Made by a program: the position numbers and the translations under genes. The notes under the pieces are model-generated. The model was given only the letters and a program-made list of their open reading frames with translations, made no database searches and had not been told where the DNA came from. Of a stretch of DNA of 64,000 nucleotides, positions 7,852-18,782 are shown piece after piece; the first letter of the stretch is position 1; the number at the start of each line of letters is the position of its first letter. This DNA comes from Dehalococcoidia bacterium (GTDB taxonomy: Bacteria; Chloroflexota; Dehalococcoidia; SM23-28-2; RBG-16-64-32): assembly GCA_963665775.2 (NCBI GenBank), contig CAXXTF010000002.1, forward strand, positions 768,001 to 832,000. Direction: 5' to 3'.

Positions 7852-10482
7852 CTAGCCGACCTCCCGCCCTTGCACCTCCGTCGGCACCGGCCGCCCCGGC
7901 AGGATGCGCCTGTATAGCCGTCCCAGCTCCCCTTCCTCCCACACGATCAGGAGCTGGCTGGCGATGAAGATGGAGCTGTAGGTCCCGGCGATCACGCCCA
8001 GCAGCATCACCACCAGCAACGCGTCTATCCCGGCCCCCCCTATCATCAGCAGCGATACGATCGTGAACACGAGGGTCACCGACGTGTTCAAGGAGCGACC
8101 CAGCGTCTCCGTCAGGCTGGCATTCACCACCTCGGCGAACGGCACATCCGGGTGCTGACTTACGTTCTCCCTGATCCGATCGAAGACGACGATCGTGTCA
8201 TGGACGCTGAAGCCGATGATCGTCAGGACACCGGTGATGAACATCGTGTTCACCTCGGTGCCCAGCAGCTTCCCGAAAATCGAGAAAGCGCCCACGATGA
8301 ACAGAGCGTCGTGCATGGCGGCGACGATAGCCGCCACCCCGTACCGGTAGGACTTGGGCACGTTACGGAACGAATAAGTTATGTAAAGGAGGATAGCGAC
8401 AGAGGCGGCCGCCACGGCGATCGCGGCATCGCGCCCGATCTCCCGCGATACGATCTCGGAAACCGAGTTGAAGTTCTGGAACGAGTCCGTGACCTCACCG
8501 TTGAGGTTGACCAGCGGGCCGAACCTACCGATAAGGGCCTCCCGTATGGTGTCCACTTCCGAAGGAGGGGCGGGCCCCACCGGCGGCCCGACCACACCCG
8601 CCAGCGCCGAGGTGCGAACGATGAACGCGCCGTCACTAGTCCTCTGCACCCTCGCCTCGTCGTGACCCAGGTCGCCCAGGGCATCTCGAACCTCAGCCTG
8701 CGTCACACCAGCGTCCTCATCAAACTGCACCGTGAAGGTGGCGCCACTGCTGAACTCGATCCCAGGCTCCAGGGACGGCGGAATCAAGAGCGAGATCACG
8801 CCCGGTAACAGAACCACCGCCGAGAGGACGAAGTAGAAGCGCCGTCGCTTCACGAAGTCCAGCATGAAGGGGGAGCGGCGACCGCGCCGCAGGCCGCCAT
8901 CGGCGCCCGGACCCGCCGCGGCAGCGGCCGGCGCTGCCTCCGCATCGAGATCAGGGGCGAAGAGCCACAGCCTGCGGGCCGCCGGCGTGCCCACCAGCAG
9001 CCGCAGCAGCGTCCGCGTGACGATGATCGCCGAGAACATGCTGATGATAACGCCGATGCCCAGGGTCAGGGCAAACCCCTTCACCAGGTTGGCCCCGAAC
9101 TGGTCCCCGAACCACCACAGGATAACGCAGATGATCAGCGTGGCGACGTTGCTGGCCCGGATGGAGCTCCAGGCACGATCGAATCCATGCTCGATCGCCC
9201 CCGCCAGGTTGCGACCGGCCCGCAGCTCCTCCTTCATCCGTTCAAAGACGAGAACGTTGGCGTCCACTGCCATCCCGACCGACAGCACCAAGCCGGCGAT
9301 GCCCGCCAGAGTGATCGTCACTGGCCCAATGAGGGGCCCCACCTTGAAGAGCATCATTACGGTGGAGATGTAGGTGATAAGGGCCAGGGAGGCCAGGACA
9401 CCCGGCAACCGATAGTAGACGATCATGAACGCCATAACGGCCAGGATGCCAATGATCCCGGCCTGAACGCTGCGGACCAGGGTGTCCTGGCCCAGCGTAG
9501 CGTCCACCTCCGTACTCTGAATCTCGCGCAGGGGAACAGGAAGAGCGCCCGCGTTGAGCTGAACCCTCAAGCGCCGCGCCTCGTCCAGATCCAGGCCGGT
9601 GATGATCGACTGGCCCGCCGAGATCTGCGCCTGCACTCTGGGGGCGCTGATCAGCTCTTCGTCCAGGAAGATGCCCAGGGGCAAACGCTCGGGGGCCAGC
9701 CGCCCGGTGATCTCCTGGAACAGCAGGCCGCCGTCACCGCTGAACTCGATCCCGACGCACGAGGGAGTCCCCCCGCAGTCCAGCGGATCGGCGGAGACGG
9801 AGGCGTTGGGCCGCAGGAACCGCCCCGTTAGGACCCGCACCTCCCCCTGGCCGTCGGTGCCGGTGGCCGGCTCCCAGAGCACGTCACCGATCTCTCCCTC
9901 GCTGCCAATGCACTGCACCACCCGCTCACCATCGATGCCATCAACGACCCCGTACTGGCTCCCTGACACCGAGAACTGGCTGCCGTCCGGCGCCTGGCAC
10001 ACGATATCGAGATTCTCATCCAGCACCGGCTGGCGAAACTCCAGCAGCGCTATCCTGCCGACCAGCTCACGGGCCTCGTCCGGAGGGATGCCGGGCAGCT
10101 GCACGGCCAGCCGGTCCTTCCCCTCGATGGTGACCTCCGTCTCGGAGACGCCGAAGGCGTTCACCCGCCGCTCGATCACCTCCTTCACCCCCTCCATCGC
10201 CTCGGCGGGGTCGACCCCAGGCGGGATATCGGCCTTCAGCAGAAGGTGGGTGCCACCGTTCAGGTCCAGCCCCAGCCGCATCGCCTGGCGCTCGAAGTCG
10301 CCGGTGTCATCTATGAGACCCAGGGTCACGATCTGGACAACCCCGTTAAGGCCGTTGCCCTCCGGCCAGGACACGAACTCCGGCAGGTAGCGCTTCGGCG
10401 CCGACGGCCACACCACGAAGATGGAGAAAACGGTCAGGGCGGTGATGAGGGCCAGGATCACCAGGTTCCAGCGGTTACGCAT
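7852..10482 (-). CDS. secDF: Protein translocase SecD-SecF fusion
   Basis: LGLDLNGG, RRVNAFGVSE, GMAVDANVLVFER, then GIEFSSG and GFSVHDTIVVFDRIRE. Confidence 0.95.
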   Translation of the reverse strand: MRNRWNLVILALITALTVFSIFVVWPSAPKRYLPEFVSWPEGNGLNGVVQIVTLGLIDDTGDFERQAMRLGLDLNGGTHLLLKADIPPGVDPAEAMEGVKEVIERRVNAFGVSETEVTIEGKDRLAVQLPGIPPDEARELVGRIALLEFRQPVLDENLDIVCQAPDGSQFSVSGSQYGVVDGIDGERVVQCIGSEGEIGDVLWEPATGTDGQGEVRVLTGRFLRPNASVSADPLDCGGTPSCVGIEFSGDGGLLFQEITGRLAPERLPLGIFLDEELISAPRVQAQISAGQSIITGLDLDEARRLRVQLNAGALPVPLREIQSTEVDATLGQDTLVRSVQAGIIGILAVMAFMIVYYRLPGVLASLALITYISTVMMLFKVGPLIGPVTITLAGIAGLVLSVGMAVDANVLVFERMKEELRAGRNLAGAIEHGFDRAWSSIRASNVATLIICVILWWFGDQFGANLVKGFALTLGIGVIISMFSAIIVTRTLLRLLVGTPAARRLWLFAPDLDAEAAPAAAAAGPGADGGLRRGRRSPFMLDFVKRRRFYFVLSAVVLLPGVISLLIPPSLEPGIEFSSGATFTVQFDEDAGVTQAEVRDALGDLGHDEARVQRTSDGAFIVRTSALAGVVGPPVGPAPPSEVDTIREALIGRFGPLVNLNGEVTDSFQNFNSVSEIVSREIGRDAAIAVAAASVAILLYITYSFRNVPKSYRYGVAAIVAAMHDALFIVGAFSIFGKLLGTEVNTMFITGVLTIIGFSVHDTIVVFDRIRENVSQHPDVPFAEVVNASLTETLGRSLNTSVTLVFTIVSLLMIGGAGIDALLVVMLLGVIAGTYSSIFIASQLLIVWEEGELGRLYRRILPGRPVPTEVQGREVG

Positions 10483-10488
10483 CGGGCC

Positions 10489-10809
10489 TTATCCTCGCTC
10501 CCCTTCCCCAGCGCCGGATTCGCTTTCCGGCACTGATTTCAGCCGTTCGACTATACCTGAGGCGACAGCCCGCACCTCGAAGCCTCCCAGATCCAGAATG
10601 ATCTCCGTAGGCCCCTGCTCTTCCGGGATCCTGATCTCCTTTATGACGGCGATGAGTCCGCCCTGGGTGAGCACCTCGTCGCCCACGCGCAGGCTCGCCA
10701 GCTCCTGCCGCTGCCGCTTACGTTGCTGCTGCACGGGACGGAGAAAGGCGAAGTAGAACAGCACCGCGATAGCGGCCGGATAGGCGATCGCCAGCAGAAG
10801 GACGCTCAT
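10489..10809 (-). CDS. yajC: Preprotein translocase subunit YajC
   Basis: FYFAFLRPxQQ..LRVGDEVLTQGG; directly upstream of secDF. Confidence 0.9.
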   Translation of the reverse strand: MSVLLLAIAYPAAIAVLFYFAFLRPVQQQRKRQRQELASLRVGDEVLTQGGLIAVIKEIRIPEEQGPTEIILDLGGFEVRAVASGIVERLKSVPESESGAGEGERG

Positions 10810-12365
10810 CTACCTATCTCTCTCCGGTCGTCGGTCACACCTATCCCCTCACCATGCAGCGCCTTGCGCGCCAGCACCAGCGCCTCTTCTCGTGTCGTAA
10901 CCTCGCCGGCCGCCCCGGCCTCCCGGATCAGCTCCAGGAGCTCTCCCACCTGCGGCCCCGGCGACAACTCCAGTGCGGCCATCAACTCATCGCCCCGCAC
11001 CAGCTTCCGCGGGGCCAGCACGGCCTCCTCCTGGTACCGCTTCACGAGTATATAGTTTACCAGCGATACGTGTTGCCGCCAGCCCGACAGACTGACCCGC
11101 GGCCCTACCGTGCCCAGATGATCCGCCAGGGAGAGGAACAGGGTATCGATAGCCGCATCTCCACAGTCACGGAAGTAGCGATAAAGGGCCCTTCGCGTGG
11201 GCGCGCCCTGCTGGCCCATCTGCACGGGGCGCAGGTGGGCCTTGATCATCGTCTCAACCAGCTCCACCTCTCGCGCCGAGAAGTGCATCCGGCGCAGGAT
11301 GCGCGCCGCCTTCTCAGCTCCCAGGTCGGCGTGACCGAAGAAGCGCATCCGCCCCGTCTCATCGAAGCTCTTGGTATCGGGCTTCGCGATGTCATGCAGA
11401 AGGCCACCCAGCTTGACCACCGCCGAGCGTGGCGTTCCCGGCACTACCTCTTGGCGGAAGTGAGCACGGGCATCGCTCCACCAGGCCAGTTGACCCCAGA
11501 GCTCCCGCCACAGGTCAGGCCAGAGACTGCCCTGTGCCTGTCCAAGGGGCTGATCCGCGGCCTCCTCCTCGGCCAGCAGCACCTCCAGGTTGCGCACCGT
11601 CTCCAGGCTGTGGTTCAGAACATCCCAGTAGTGCTCCTTTGGCTGCTGCACCTCCCGAGTAGCCGCCAGCTCCGGCAACACCTGGTCCAGGAGGCCCAGC
11701 TCATCCAGGAGACGTACCCCCTCACCGGCCCGCCCTGACCCCATGATGCGCATCAGCTCATCCCGCTGTCGCTCCACGGCCACTGTCGGAACAAGAGAGG
11801 CGTACCGCCGGATCAGGTCAGCGGTGGCAGGCTCGATGTCGAAACCCATCTCGGCGGCCAGACGCACACCCCGTAGGGGCCGCAGAGGGTCCTGGCGGAA
11901 GCTCTCCTCACGAACCACCCGCACTAGCCGTCGGCGAATGTCCTGCCGCCCGCCTGTGGGATCGATGAGCTCCACGCTGCCGGACCACGCCTCCTCCAAG
12001 CGAGCCGCCATCGCATCGATCGTGTAGTCCCGCTGCCAGAGGTCCGCCCGGATGTCGCCGGCAAGAGGGAGCAGGTCTACGTGGAGCTGGCGGTCAGGGA
12101 GGACGACACGCGCCATATTCCGCCCCTCAGCCAGCGGGAAGTAGTGACCGCCGAACGCGTCGGCCAGCTCCCTGCCCACCTGGAGCGGATCCGCGCTCAC
12201 GGAGAGGTCGATATCGTGGCACTCGCGGTCCTGCAGGGCGTCGCGCAGGATACCTCCTACAGCATAGGTCTCGACGCCGCGGGCCGCGAAGAACGCGCCC
12301 AGCTCCGACAGAGTGTCCCGCAGCCTCCGCTCCAGGTGAAGCCTGGTTCGGTTCCCCACCGCCAT
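10806..12365 (-). CDS. tRNA nucleotidyltransferase/poly(A) polymerase family with HD domain
   Basis: VGGILRD..DIDL, RDYTIDAM, DPLRPLRGVR, LLHDIAKP, FFGHA. Confidence 0.9.
   Translation of the reverse strand: MAVGNRTRLHLERRLRDTLSELGAFFAARGVETYAVGGILRDALQDRECHDIDLSVSADPLQVGRELADAFGGHYFPLAEGRNMARVVLPDRQLHVDLLPLAGDIRADLWQRDYTIDAMAARLEEAWSGSVELIDPTGGRQDIRRRLVRVVREESFRQDPLRPLRGVRLAAEMGFDIEPATADLIRRYASLVPTVAVERQRDELMRIMGSGRAGEGVRLLDELGLLDQVLPELAATREVQQPKEHYWDVLNHSLETVRNLEVLLAEEEAADQPLGQAQGSLWPDLWRELWGQLAWWSDARAHFRQEVVPGTPRSAVVKLGGLLHDIAKPDTKSFDETGRMRFFGHADLGAEKAARILRRMHFSAREVELVETMIKAHLRPVQMGQQGAPTRRALYRYFRDCGDAAIDTLFLSLADHLGTVGPRVSLSGWRQHVSLVNYILVKRYQEEAVLAPRKLVRGDELMAALELSPGPQVGELLELIREAGAAGEVTTREEALVLARKALHGEGIGVTDDRREIGR
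11530..11548 (+). repeat. Degenerate family-A hairpin inside CCA gene (encodes PLGQAQG)
   Basis: CCCTGTGCCTGTCCAAGGG vs CCCTGAGCCTGTCGAAGGG, 2 mismatches. Confidence 0.7.
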
Positions 12366-12422
12366 AGCCGCAGCCGATCCGCCCCACCGTAGCGCCCCGT
12401 CCAGCCGGGGCCGACCGGAGGG

Positions 12423-12917
12423 CTAGCGCCGGGCCGGTTCCTCCTCAACTTCAGTCTTGACCAGCGCGTCCAGGCTCGGCAGGTGGTCTATGTACAGAAC
12501 TCCGTTAATATGATCGATCTCGTGCTCCAGGGCCTGAGCCAGGAGGTCATCCTTGCCCCTCAACCGTATCGGCTTCCCCTGCTCGTCCAGCCCCTTCGCC
12601 ACCACCGTGACGGAGCGGGTGAGATCCGCCCGGTAGCCCGGTAACGACAGGCACCCCTCATCCAGCGTCCGCTCCCCCGACCGTTTCACGATCTGCGGAT
12701 TGATCACGGCGAACGGCTCCTCATCCGGCAGGCCAATGACGATGACTCGCAGCGAAACACCGATCTGAGGCGCCGCCAGCCCCACCCCGCTGGCCACCCG
12801 CATGCTCTCTACCATCTCCTCAATGAGCTTGCGGATGGAGGCATCGACCTTGGGGACCCGCTTCGCCTTCTGGCGGAGGACCGGATCACCCACTATCCGG
12901 ATATCGTGAGCGACCAA
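12423..12917 (-). CDS. def: Peptide deformylase
   Basis: GVGLAAPQIG, EGCLS, HEIDH; TTG start with GGAGG RBS. Confidence 0.95.
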   Translation of the reverse strand: MVAHDIRIVGDPVLRQKAKRVPKVDASIRKLIEEMVESMRVASGVGLAAPQIGVSLRVIVIGLPDEEPFAVINPQIVKRSGERTLDEGCLSLPGYRADLTRSVTVVAKGLDEQGKPIRLRGKDDLLAQALEHEIDHINGVLYIDHLPSLDALVKTEVEEEPARR

Positions 12918-12975
12918 ACTACACCTCCAGCTGCGACTGACGCTAATTCTAGCCTATCGGCCCGCCAGTGTCGCC

Positions 12976-15459
12976 TCACAGCAGCGAGATGGGATCCACA
13001 TCCAGCGTCCAGCCGCGGGGCAGGGGCAGATCCCACAGCAGGGCCGCCGGATCGTCGCCCCGAAGCACGATCTGCCACCGCCAGCGACCCCGCAACCGCG
13101 CCACGAAGGCCGGCGCCGGCCCCAGGATGTCCAGGTTCGGCAATCCCAGCCGATCCCGCTCTCCCTTCAGATGGCGGACCATGGCCGTCGCCTGCTCCTG
13201 CGAGTAGGCCGCGCCTGTGTGGGCGTAGACCAGACGGATCAACCGCCCGAAGGGGGGATATCCCAGCCGTCGCCGTAGCCTCACCTCTCGCTCGTACAGA
13301 GCCTGGAAATCGTGCGCCGCCGCCGCCACCACCGCGTAGTGGTCGGGGCTATAGCTCTGGATAATCACCCGTCCGCCCTTGGGCCCCCGTCCGGCGCGAC
13401 CGGCCACCTGCTCCAGAAGCTGGAACGTACGCTCGCCGGAGCGAAAGTCCGGGAAGTGGAGAGCGACATCTGCGGACACAATCCCCGCCAGGGTCACCAG
13501 GGGTATATCCAGCCCCTTAGCGATCATCTGCGTACCCACGAGGATATCCGCCTCCTGCGCCAGGAAGCGAGCCAGGATAGCCTCGTGCGAGTGCCGACCC
13601 CGAGTCACGTCCCGATCCCAGCGAAGGGTTCGCGCCCCCGGGAAGGCCCGTCGCGCCTCCTCCTCCACTCCCTCCGTCCCCAGCCCCAGCCTGCGGATGC
13701 GGCGACTGCCACAGCGGGCGCAGGCCTTAGGCGATGCGACTTGGCGGCGGCAGTAATGACATACCAGAGCGGCTTCCGAGGCGTGATACGTTAGCGACAC
13801 CGCACAGGATCGACACTGGGGAACCTCTCCGCAGTCACGACACTGAACGAAGGCGGCCGTCCCCCGCCGGTTCAGGAAGAGGATGACCTGCTCCCCCCTT
13901 GCCAGCGCCTGTTCCACGCCCCGGCTCAGGGCGCGGCTGAAGATGCTGCGGTTCCCCTCCTTCAGCTCCACGCGCAGATCGACTACCTCCACCTCCGGCA
14001 GCGGACTCGGCACTACGGAGCCATCCTCCAGCTGGTGCAGCCGCTGGGGCAGCTCCAGCAGCCGATAAGCGCCCTCCTCGGCACGGAAACGGCTCTCCAC
14101 GTCCGGCGTCGCCGAGCCCAGCACCAGGACGGCGCCCGACAGCCGACACAGCTCCTCGGCAGTGCGCCGGGCGTGATAGCGGGGAGAACCCTCCTGCTGC
14201 TTGTAGGACCACTCGTGCTCCTCATCGATGATCACCAGCCCCAGGTCCGGCTGAGGGGCGAAGAGGGCTCCCCGCGGCCCAATGACGACACCGTACCGAC
14301 CCTCCCGCACCTCGTGCCACATATCGAAGTGCTCCCCCAGCGAGAGGCCGCTGTGCATCACCGCCACCTGACCCGGAAACCGCTCGCCGAAGCGGCGAAC
14401 GGTCTGCGGTGTCAGCGATATCTCAGGCACCAGAACGATCGCCCGCCGGCCCAGCGCCAGCGCCCCCTCCAGGGCCGCCAGATACACCTCCGTCTTACCG
14501 CTTCCCGTAACCCCCTGCAGCAGGAAAGGGGGAGCGGGCGGGCCGGGTCCCGCCGCCTCCAGCGCCTTCACGACGGCCGAGGACGCCGATCCCTGGTCGT
14601 CCGTGAGCGCCGACGCCGGCCGCTGCCGGTAGACCCGGCCCGCCAGGGGATCGCGGATCACAGTGACATCCTCCACCACAGCCAGCCCTTCCCCTTCCAG
14701 ATCCCGCAGTACCGCCGCCGTGAGCCCCCGATCGCGCAGCCGCGCCAGGGGCAAGGAGCCCTCTTCGGCCAGAGCCTCCAGCACCGCCGCCCGGCGCCGG
14801 CGCCGCCCTGAGCCTGCCGAAGCGGCACCTGCTGAGCCATCCTGGCGCAGCCCGCTCGCCCGGGCCAGCGCCTCATCGGCGGCGACCAGCAGGCGCAGGT
14901 GGGGCACCACCTTAGGCCTCACCTGCGGCCGCGCCAGCCGATACGAGCGCTGGATCAAGCCTCGACGGAGGAGGGCGCCCACAAGGCTCGGCGTGTTGGT
15001 CAGCCCCAGCCCCCTCCGCAGCTCCTCCGCCTCGACCTCCCCGCGCTCGATAACGTAGGCCAGCACCCTCTGCTGTTTATCCGTAAGCGACAGCCGTGGC
15101 AGCTCCTCCAGAGAGGCCAGCGGACGTAGCAGAGCGAGAGGCCGGCGGTTGAATCCGGGCGGCAGAAAGAGAGAGACGCAGTCGAACAGGGGAGCCAGAT
15201 AGTGGTCACTGAGCCAACGAGCCACCTCCACCTGCGCCGGCGAAAGCATTGGCCTGGAATCGATGACGGCCTCGATCTCCCGGACCTCCACCAGCCCAGT
15301 CTCCGCCGCTAACTCCACCACCACGCCCTGAAGGGTGCGCCTCCCGAACGGGACGTACACGGCCTGCCCCGGCACCACGGACAGCCCATCCGGCACACCG
15401 TAGGTGAAGGTCTGACGCAGCGGCGCCGCAGCGTTGACGGCCACTTCAGCGTAAGGCAT
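12976..15459 (-). CDS. priA: Primosomal protein N'
   Basis: GVTGSGKTEVY, LVPEISLTPQ, IDEEHE, four CxxC zinc motifs, QVAGRAGR. Confidence 0.96.
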   Translation of the reverse strand: MPYAEVAVNAAAPLRQTFTYGVPDGLSVVPGQAVYVPFGRRTLQGVVVELAAETGLVEVREIEAVIDSRPMLSPAQVEVARWLSDHYLAPLFDCVSLFLPPGFNRRPLALLRPLASLEELPRLSLTDKQQRVLAYVIERGEVEAEELRRGLGLTNTPSLVGALLRRGLIQRSYRLARPQVRPKVVPHLRLLVAADEALARASGLRQDGSAGAASAGSGRRRRRAAVLEALAEEGSLPLARLRDRGLTAAVLRDLEGEGLAVVEDVTVIRDPLAGRVYRQRPASALTDDQGSASSAVVKALEAAGPGPPAPPFLLQGVTGSGKTEVYLAALEGALALGRRAIVLVPEISLTPQTVRRFGERFPGQVAVMHSGLSLGEHFDMWHEVREGRYGVVIGPRGALFAPQPDLGLVIIDEEHEWSYKQQEGSPRYHARRTAEELCRLSGAVLVLGSATPDVESRFRAEEGAYRLLELPQRLHQLEDGSVVPSPLPEVEVVDLRVELKEGNRSIFSRALSRGVEQALARGEQVILFLNRRGTAAFVQCRDCGEVPQCRSCAVSLTYHASEAALVCHYCRRQVASPKACARCGSRRIRRLGLGTEGVEEEARRAFPGARTLRWDRDVTRGRHSHEAILARFLAQEADILVGTQMIAKGLDIPLVTLAGIVSADVALHFPDFRSGERTFQLLEQVAGRAGRGPKGGRVIIQSYSPDHYAVVAAAAHDFQALYEREVRLRRRLGYPPFGRLIRLVYAHTGAAYSQEQATAMVRHLKGERDRLGLPNLDILGPAPAFVARLRGRWRWQIVLRGDDPAALLWDLPLPRGWTLDVDPISLL
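14806..14822 (+). repeat. Family-A hairpin inside priA (encodes ASAGSGR)
   Basis: CCCTGAGCCTGCCGAAG, identical to core of dnaX unit 1. Confidence 0.75.
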
Positions 15460-15552
15460 ACGGCTACCTCCAGCGCCAATATAGCACCGAAGGCCCTCGA
15501 GCCCGCAGCGGCCGCCGTCACCCCGCCCGTTCAGCGCCCAGAAACGAGTAAT

Positions 15553-15571
15553 GCCCCGGCCTAGCCGGGGC
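15553..15571 (-). terminator. Putative terminator hairpin after rplS
   Basis: GCCCCGGC-CTA-GCCGGGGC 8-bp stem; weak U tract. Confidence 0.45.
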
Positions 15572-15597
15572 TCCCTTCGGCATTCGGAGACCGCTCC

Positions 15598-16152
15598 TTA
15601 GCTCTTCTCCTCCCCCTCCGCCTCTCCTTCTGGCTCTTCCGCCTCGGCCTCAGCCTCTACGACCTCCCCCTCCTCAGCGAGCTCCTCTTGCCCATCCCCC
15701 GCCGCTGCCTCGTCCGCGACGACCTCCGCCGCCGCCTCGGCCTCTTCCTCGACGGCCGCCTCCTCCTCTGGCTCCAACGGTGGCGCCACCGCCGTCAGCT
15801 CCTGGAGACGGGCACGCGAGCCGGCCTTGATGCGGGCCGCCCTGCCGACCCGGTCGCGCAGATAGTACAGCTTCGCCCGACGTACCCGACCAACCCGCGT
15901 CACCTGCACCCTCTCGATCAGCGGCGAGTAATACGGGAACGTGCGCTCCACGCCCACGCCATGGCTCACCCGTCGCACGGTGAACGACGAGCCGATGCCG
16001 CGACGGCGGATACGGATGACCACCCCCTCGAACGCCTGCACGCGCTCTCGATCCCCCTCCACTATCTTGGCGAACACCCGCACCGTGTCCCCCGGCCGGA
16101 AGTCCGGGATGTTGGGCGTATCCTTGAGCTCAACGAGCGATCTCATATCCAT
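15598..16152 (-). CDS. rplS: 50S ribosomal protein L19 with acidic tail
   Basis: [40 protein letters not shown]. Confidence 0.97.
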   Translation of the reverse strand: MDMRSLVELKDTPNIPDFRPGDTVRVFAKIVEGDRERVQAFEGVVIRIRRRGIGSSFTVRRVSHGVGVERTFPYYSPLIERVQVTRVGRVRRAKLYYLRDRVGRAARIKAGSRARLQELTAVAPPLEPEEEAAVEEEAEAAAEVVADEAAAGDGQEELAEEGEVVEAEAEAEEPEGEAEGEEKS

Positions 16153-16218
16153 GGCAACCTTGCCCAGTCTACTGTCCGATAGACTCTAGAGCAAGCAGCC
16201 GCACCCGCCTACCGGCCC

Positions 16219-17043
16219 CTATCTCCAGAGGGCCGTAAGCCCGGCCAGCAGGGGCGCCCGCCCCGTCCTTGTCTGCATCGAGGGCAGGATGAGCGAGCGC
16301 AGGCGAGCGCTCAGGTAATCCACAGCCATGACCACGGCTAAGGTAAGGAGGATCGCCGTCATCAGGTTCTGATACTGCAGGAGCTGGAGATAGCCCAGCA
16401 TGAAGAAGCCGATGCCTCCGGCCCCGACAAACCCCATGATCGTCGAAGCACGAATGTTGTATTCGAACATGAACAGCAGCTGACTGATCACAGCGTTCGC
16501 CGCCTCCGGCAGGACGGCGTAGGTGATGAGCTGCGGCCGGTTGCTGCCCACGCTCCTTACCGCCTCCAGAACCTCCGGATCAACGCCTTCGAACGCCTCG
16601 TAATACAGCTTCCCCAGATAGCCCACCGTGTAGAGCGAGACGGCGAGCGCTCCCGCCGCCGGCCCCAGACCAAAGCCCACCACGAACACCACCCCCCACA
16701 GAAGCGAGGGGATCGTGCGGATGCTTCCGATGAACAGCCGCGCGCCGCCGCTCACCCAGGGGCCGAAAAGCGTCCTCGTCCCCAGGAACGCCAGCGGCAG
16801 CGAGATCACAAAGCCCAGCAGCGTCCCTACAAAGGCGATCTCGATCGTCTCTACCATCGCCTTCAATAGCGTGGGGAGGACGCCGGTATCCGGCGGCAGG
16901 AGCGAAGCCGAGAACTCTGCCAGGCGGGAGGCGGCCGGCCCCAGTTCGCCCGGATCCAGCAGGCCCATACGGTAGAGGGAAATCCCGGCGCCAGCGACGA
17001 TCAGAAGATAGACCGCCCGGCTTACCATCAGGCGCCGGTTCAC
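16219..17043 (-). CDS. phnE: Phosphonate/phosphite ABC permease
   Basis: RTIPSLLW, GKLYYEAFE, FEYNIRASTIMGFVGAGGIG. Confidence 0.88.
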   Translation of the reverse strand: MNRRLMVSRAVYLLIVAGAGISLYRMGLLDPGELGPAASRLAEFSASLLPPDTGVLPTLLKAMVETIEIAFVGTLLGFVISLPLAFLGTRTLFGPWVSGGARLFIGSIRTIPSLLWGVVFVVGFGLGPAAGALAVSLYTVGYLGKLYYEAFEGVDPEVLEAVRSVGSNRPQLITYAVLPEAANAVISQLLFMFEYNIRASTIMGFVGAGGIGFFMLGYLQLLQYQNLMTAILLTLAVVMAVDYLSARLRSLILPSMQTRTGRAPLLAGLTALWR

Positions 17044-17831
17044 CGCAGAAGCTCCAGCATCTCGTCCATGGAAACGGCCTCACCGGGACCATCGTGGCTG
17101 ATAGTGCCCTGCTGCACGACGACCACGCGATCGGCGTATTTGGCCACCACATCCGTCTCGTGCGTCGTGATCAGGAACCCCACGCCGCCTTCCCGGGCGA
17201 TACCCCGCATCATCTCCAGGATCCCCTCCGCCGTGATGGGATCTAGCTGAGAGACGCACTCGTCGGCGAGAATCAGGGCCGGCTGCTGCATGAGGGCACG
17301 GGCGATCGCCACCCGCTGCCGCTCGCCGCCGCTCAGCCTGAACACCTGCTCGTCCGTCTTGTCGGCCAGGCCGAGGCTAGTCAACGTTTCGTGGGCCTCC
17401 TCCACAACTCGTCTGGGAAAGCTCCTGACAAGGGTGCGCATGGTGCCCACGCGGCCCAGCGCTCCGGCCAGCGCGTTCTCCAGGGCGGTCATATTTCGGA
17501 CGAGGCCCAGGGTCTGCGGCACATAGGCCACACTACCCCGGGGCTGGCTGCCCTGGACAACCTGCTCCGGGGCGAGAAGACGCACGTAGCCCCGCTGAGG
17601 CGACAGGAGCCCTTGGAGCACCTTCAGAAGCGTCGTCTTGCCGCTGCCGCTACGGCCCAGGATCATCGTCATCAGGCCGCGCTGCACCGTCAGATCTACC
17701 CCCTGCAATATATTGGCCTTCCCGTCATACGAGAACCAGAGGTCACGCGCCTCCATGCCGGCGCCCCTGCCCCCCCGGCCCTTACCTGCTTCCCGCACAG
17801 TCGTACTTGGAACGGTAGGTGAACTGGCCAT
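17040..17831 (-). CDS. phnC: Phosphonate/phosphite ABC ATPase
   Basis: GRSGSGKT, LSGGERQRVAIARAL, ILADE; between phnD and phnE. Confidence 0.85.
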   Translation of the reverse strand: MASSPTVPSTTVREAGKGRGGRGAGMEARDLWFSYDGKANILQGVDLTVQRGLMTMILGRSGSGKTTLLKVLQGLLSPQRGYVRLLAPEQVVQGSQPRGSVAYVPQTLGLVRNMTALENALAGALGRVGTMRTLVRSFPRRVVEEAHETLTSLGLADKTDEQVFRLSGGERQRVAIARALMQQPALILADECVSQLDPITAEGILEMMRGIAREGGVGFLITTHETDVVAKYADRVVVVQQGTISHDGPGEAVSMDEMLELLR

Positions 17832-17834
17832 GAC

Positions 17835-18782
17835 TCACTCTATCTTCTCGGTGAAAGATAGGCCGGTCGCCTCAAGGTAGCCGTTCAGCGAGCCCAGGTG
17901 CCCCTCGGTCGTCGCTGGCTCAAATCGAACGAAGATGCCGGAAATGAACCTCCGCATCAGCCCCCTGTGCTCGGGCTCGCCCAACTCCATGAGGGCGCTC
18001 AGAAGATCAGAGCGGAGCGGATCCTTAAGATCCTCGCTGAACAGCACGGCGTGCGAGGGAAGCGGCCCCTGCTCCTCCAGAATTCGCGTGTTATCCAGGA
18101 CCTCCCGGTAGAGCTCCGCGGGGACATCGCCGGCGATGACGCTCACGTCCACCTGGCCCCGCTTCAGGGACGCCCAGGCCTGCGCATAGCCGCCCGCGAA
18201 GAACACATCGGAGAAGAACTCGCCGGGATCGGCCTCGCCGCCCACCGCCGGCGTCAGCAACCCCAGTTCCACCAGCCGAGCCACCGGCGCCACATACCCG
18301 GACGTCGACAGCTGGCTAGAGAAAGCGACCTTCTTCCCGCGCAGCTCCTCCAGGCTGTCGTAGGGGCTGTCCTCAGGCACAACCCAGTACGAGAAGTAGA
18401 ACGGAGCCTCGGTCTTATCCTCTCCCAGGGTGACCTCTCGCACCTCCGCCAGCACAACCTCGGCCCCGGCGTGCTTGTTGGCCAGGGCGGCGGGCCAGGC
18501 GCCCATGAACGCCGCATCCGCATGGCCGAAACGGAGCGCCTCAATGACGCCGGCGTAGGTGGTGGGGAACCGGATCTCAACATCGACATCCAAACGGTCC
18601 TCCAGGAACTCCTCCAGCTCGCTGGCCTGGCTGCTTAGCTCCTGCGCCGTGGACGTGGGCTGTACGACGATGACCAGCGTCTCCGCGCTGCCGCCGCCGC
18701 AGGCCGCCGCCAGCATAACGATAGCCAGCCCCGCGGACAGGACGATAAGTAGCAGCCCTGTTCGATCGAATCCTGCCTTCAT
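17835..18782 (-). CDS. phnD: PhnD/PtxB family substrate-binding lipoprotein
   Basis: LAAAC lipobox, YAGVIEALRFGHAD, STSG motif. Confidence 0.85.
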   Translation of the reverse strand: MKAGFDRTGLLLIVLSAGLAIVMLAAACGGGSAETLVIVVQPTSTAQELSSQASELEEFLEDRLDVDVEIRFPTTYAGVIEALRFGHADAAFMGAWPAALANKHAGAEVVLAEVREVTLGEDKTEAPFYFSYWVVPEDSPYDSLEELRGKKVAFSSQLSTSGYVAPVARLVELGLLTPAVGGEADPGEFFSDVFFAGGYAQAWASLKRGQVDVSVIAGDVPAELYREVLDNTRILEEQGPLPSHAVLFSEDLKDPLRSDLLSALMELGEPEHRGLMRRFISGIFVRFEPATTEGHLGSLNGYLEATGLSFTEKIE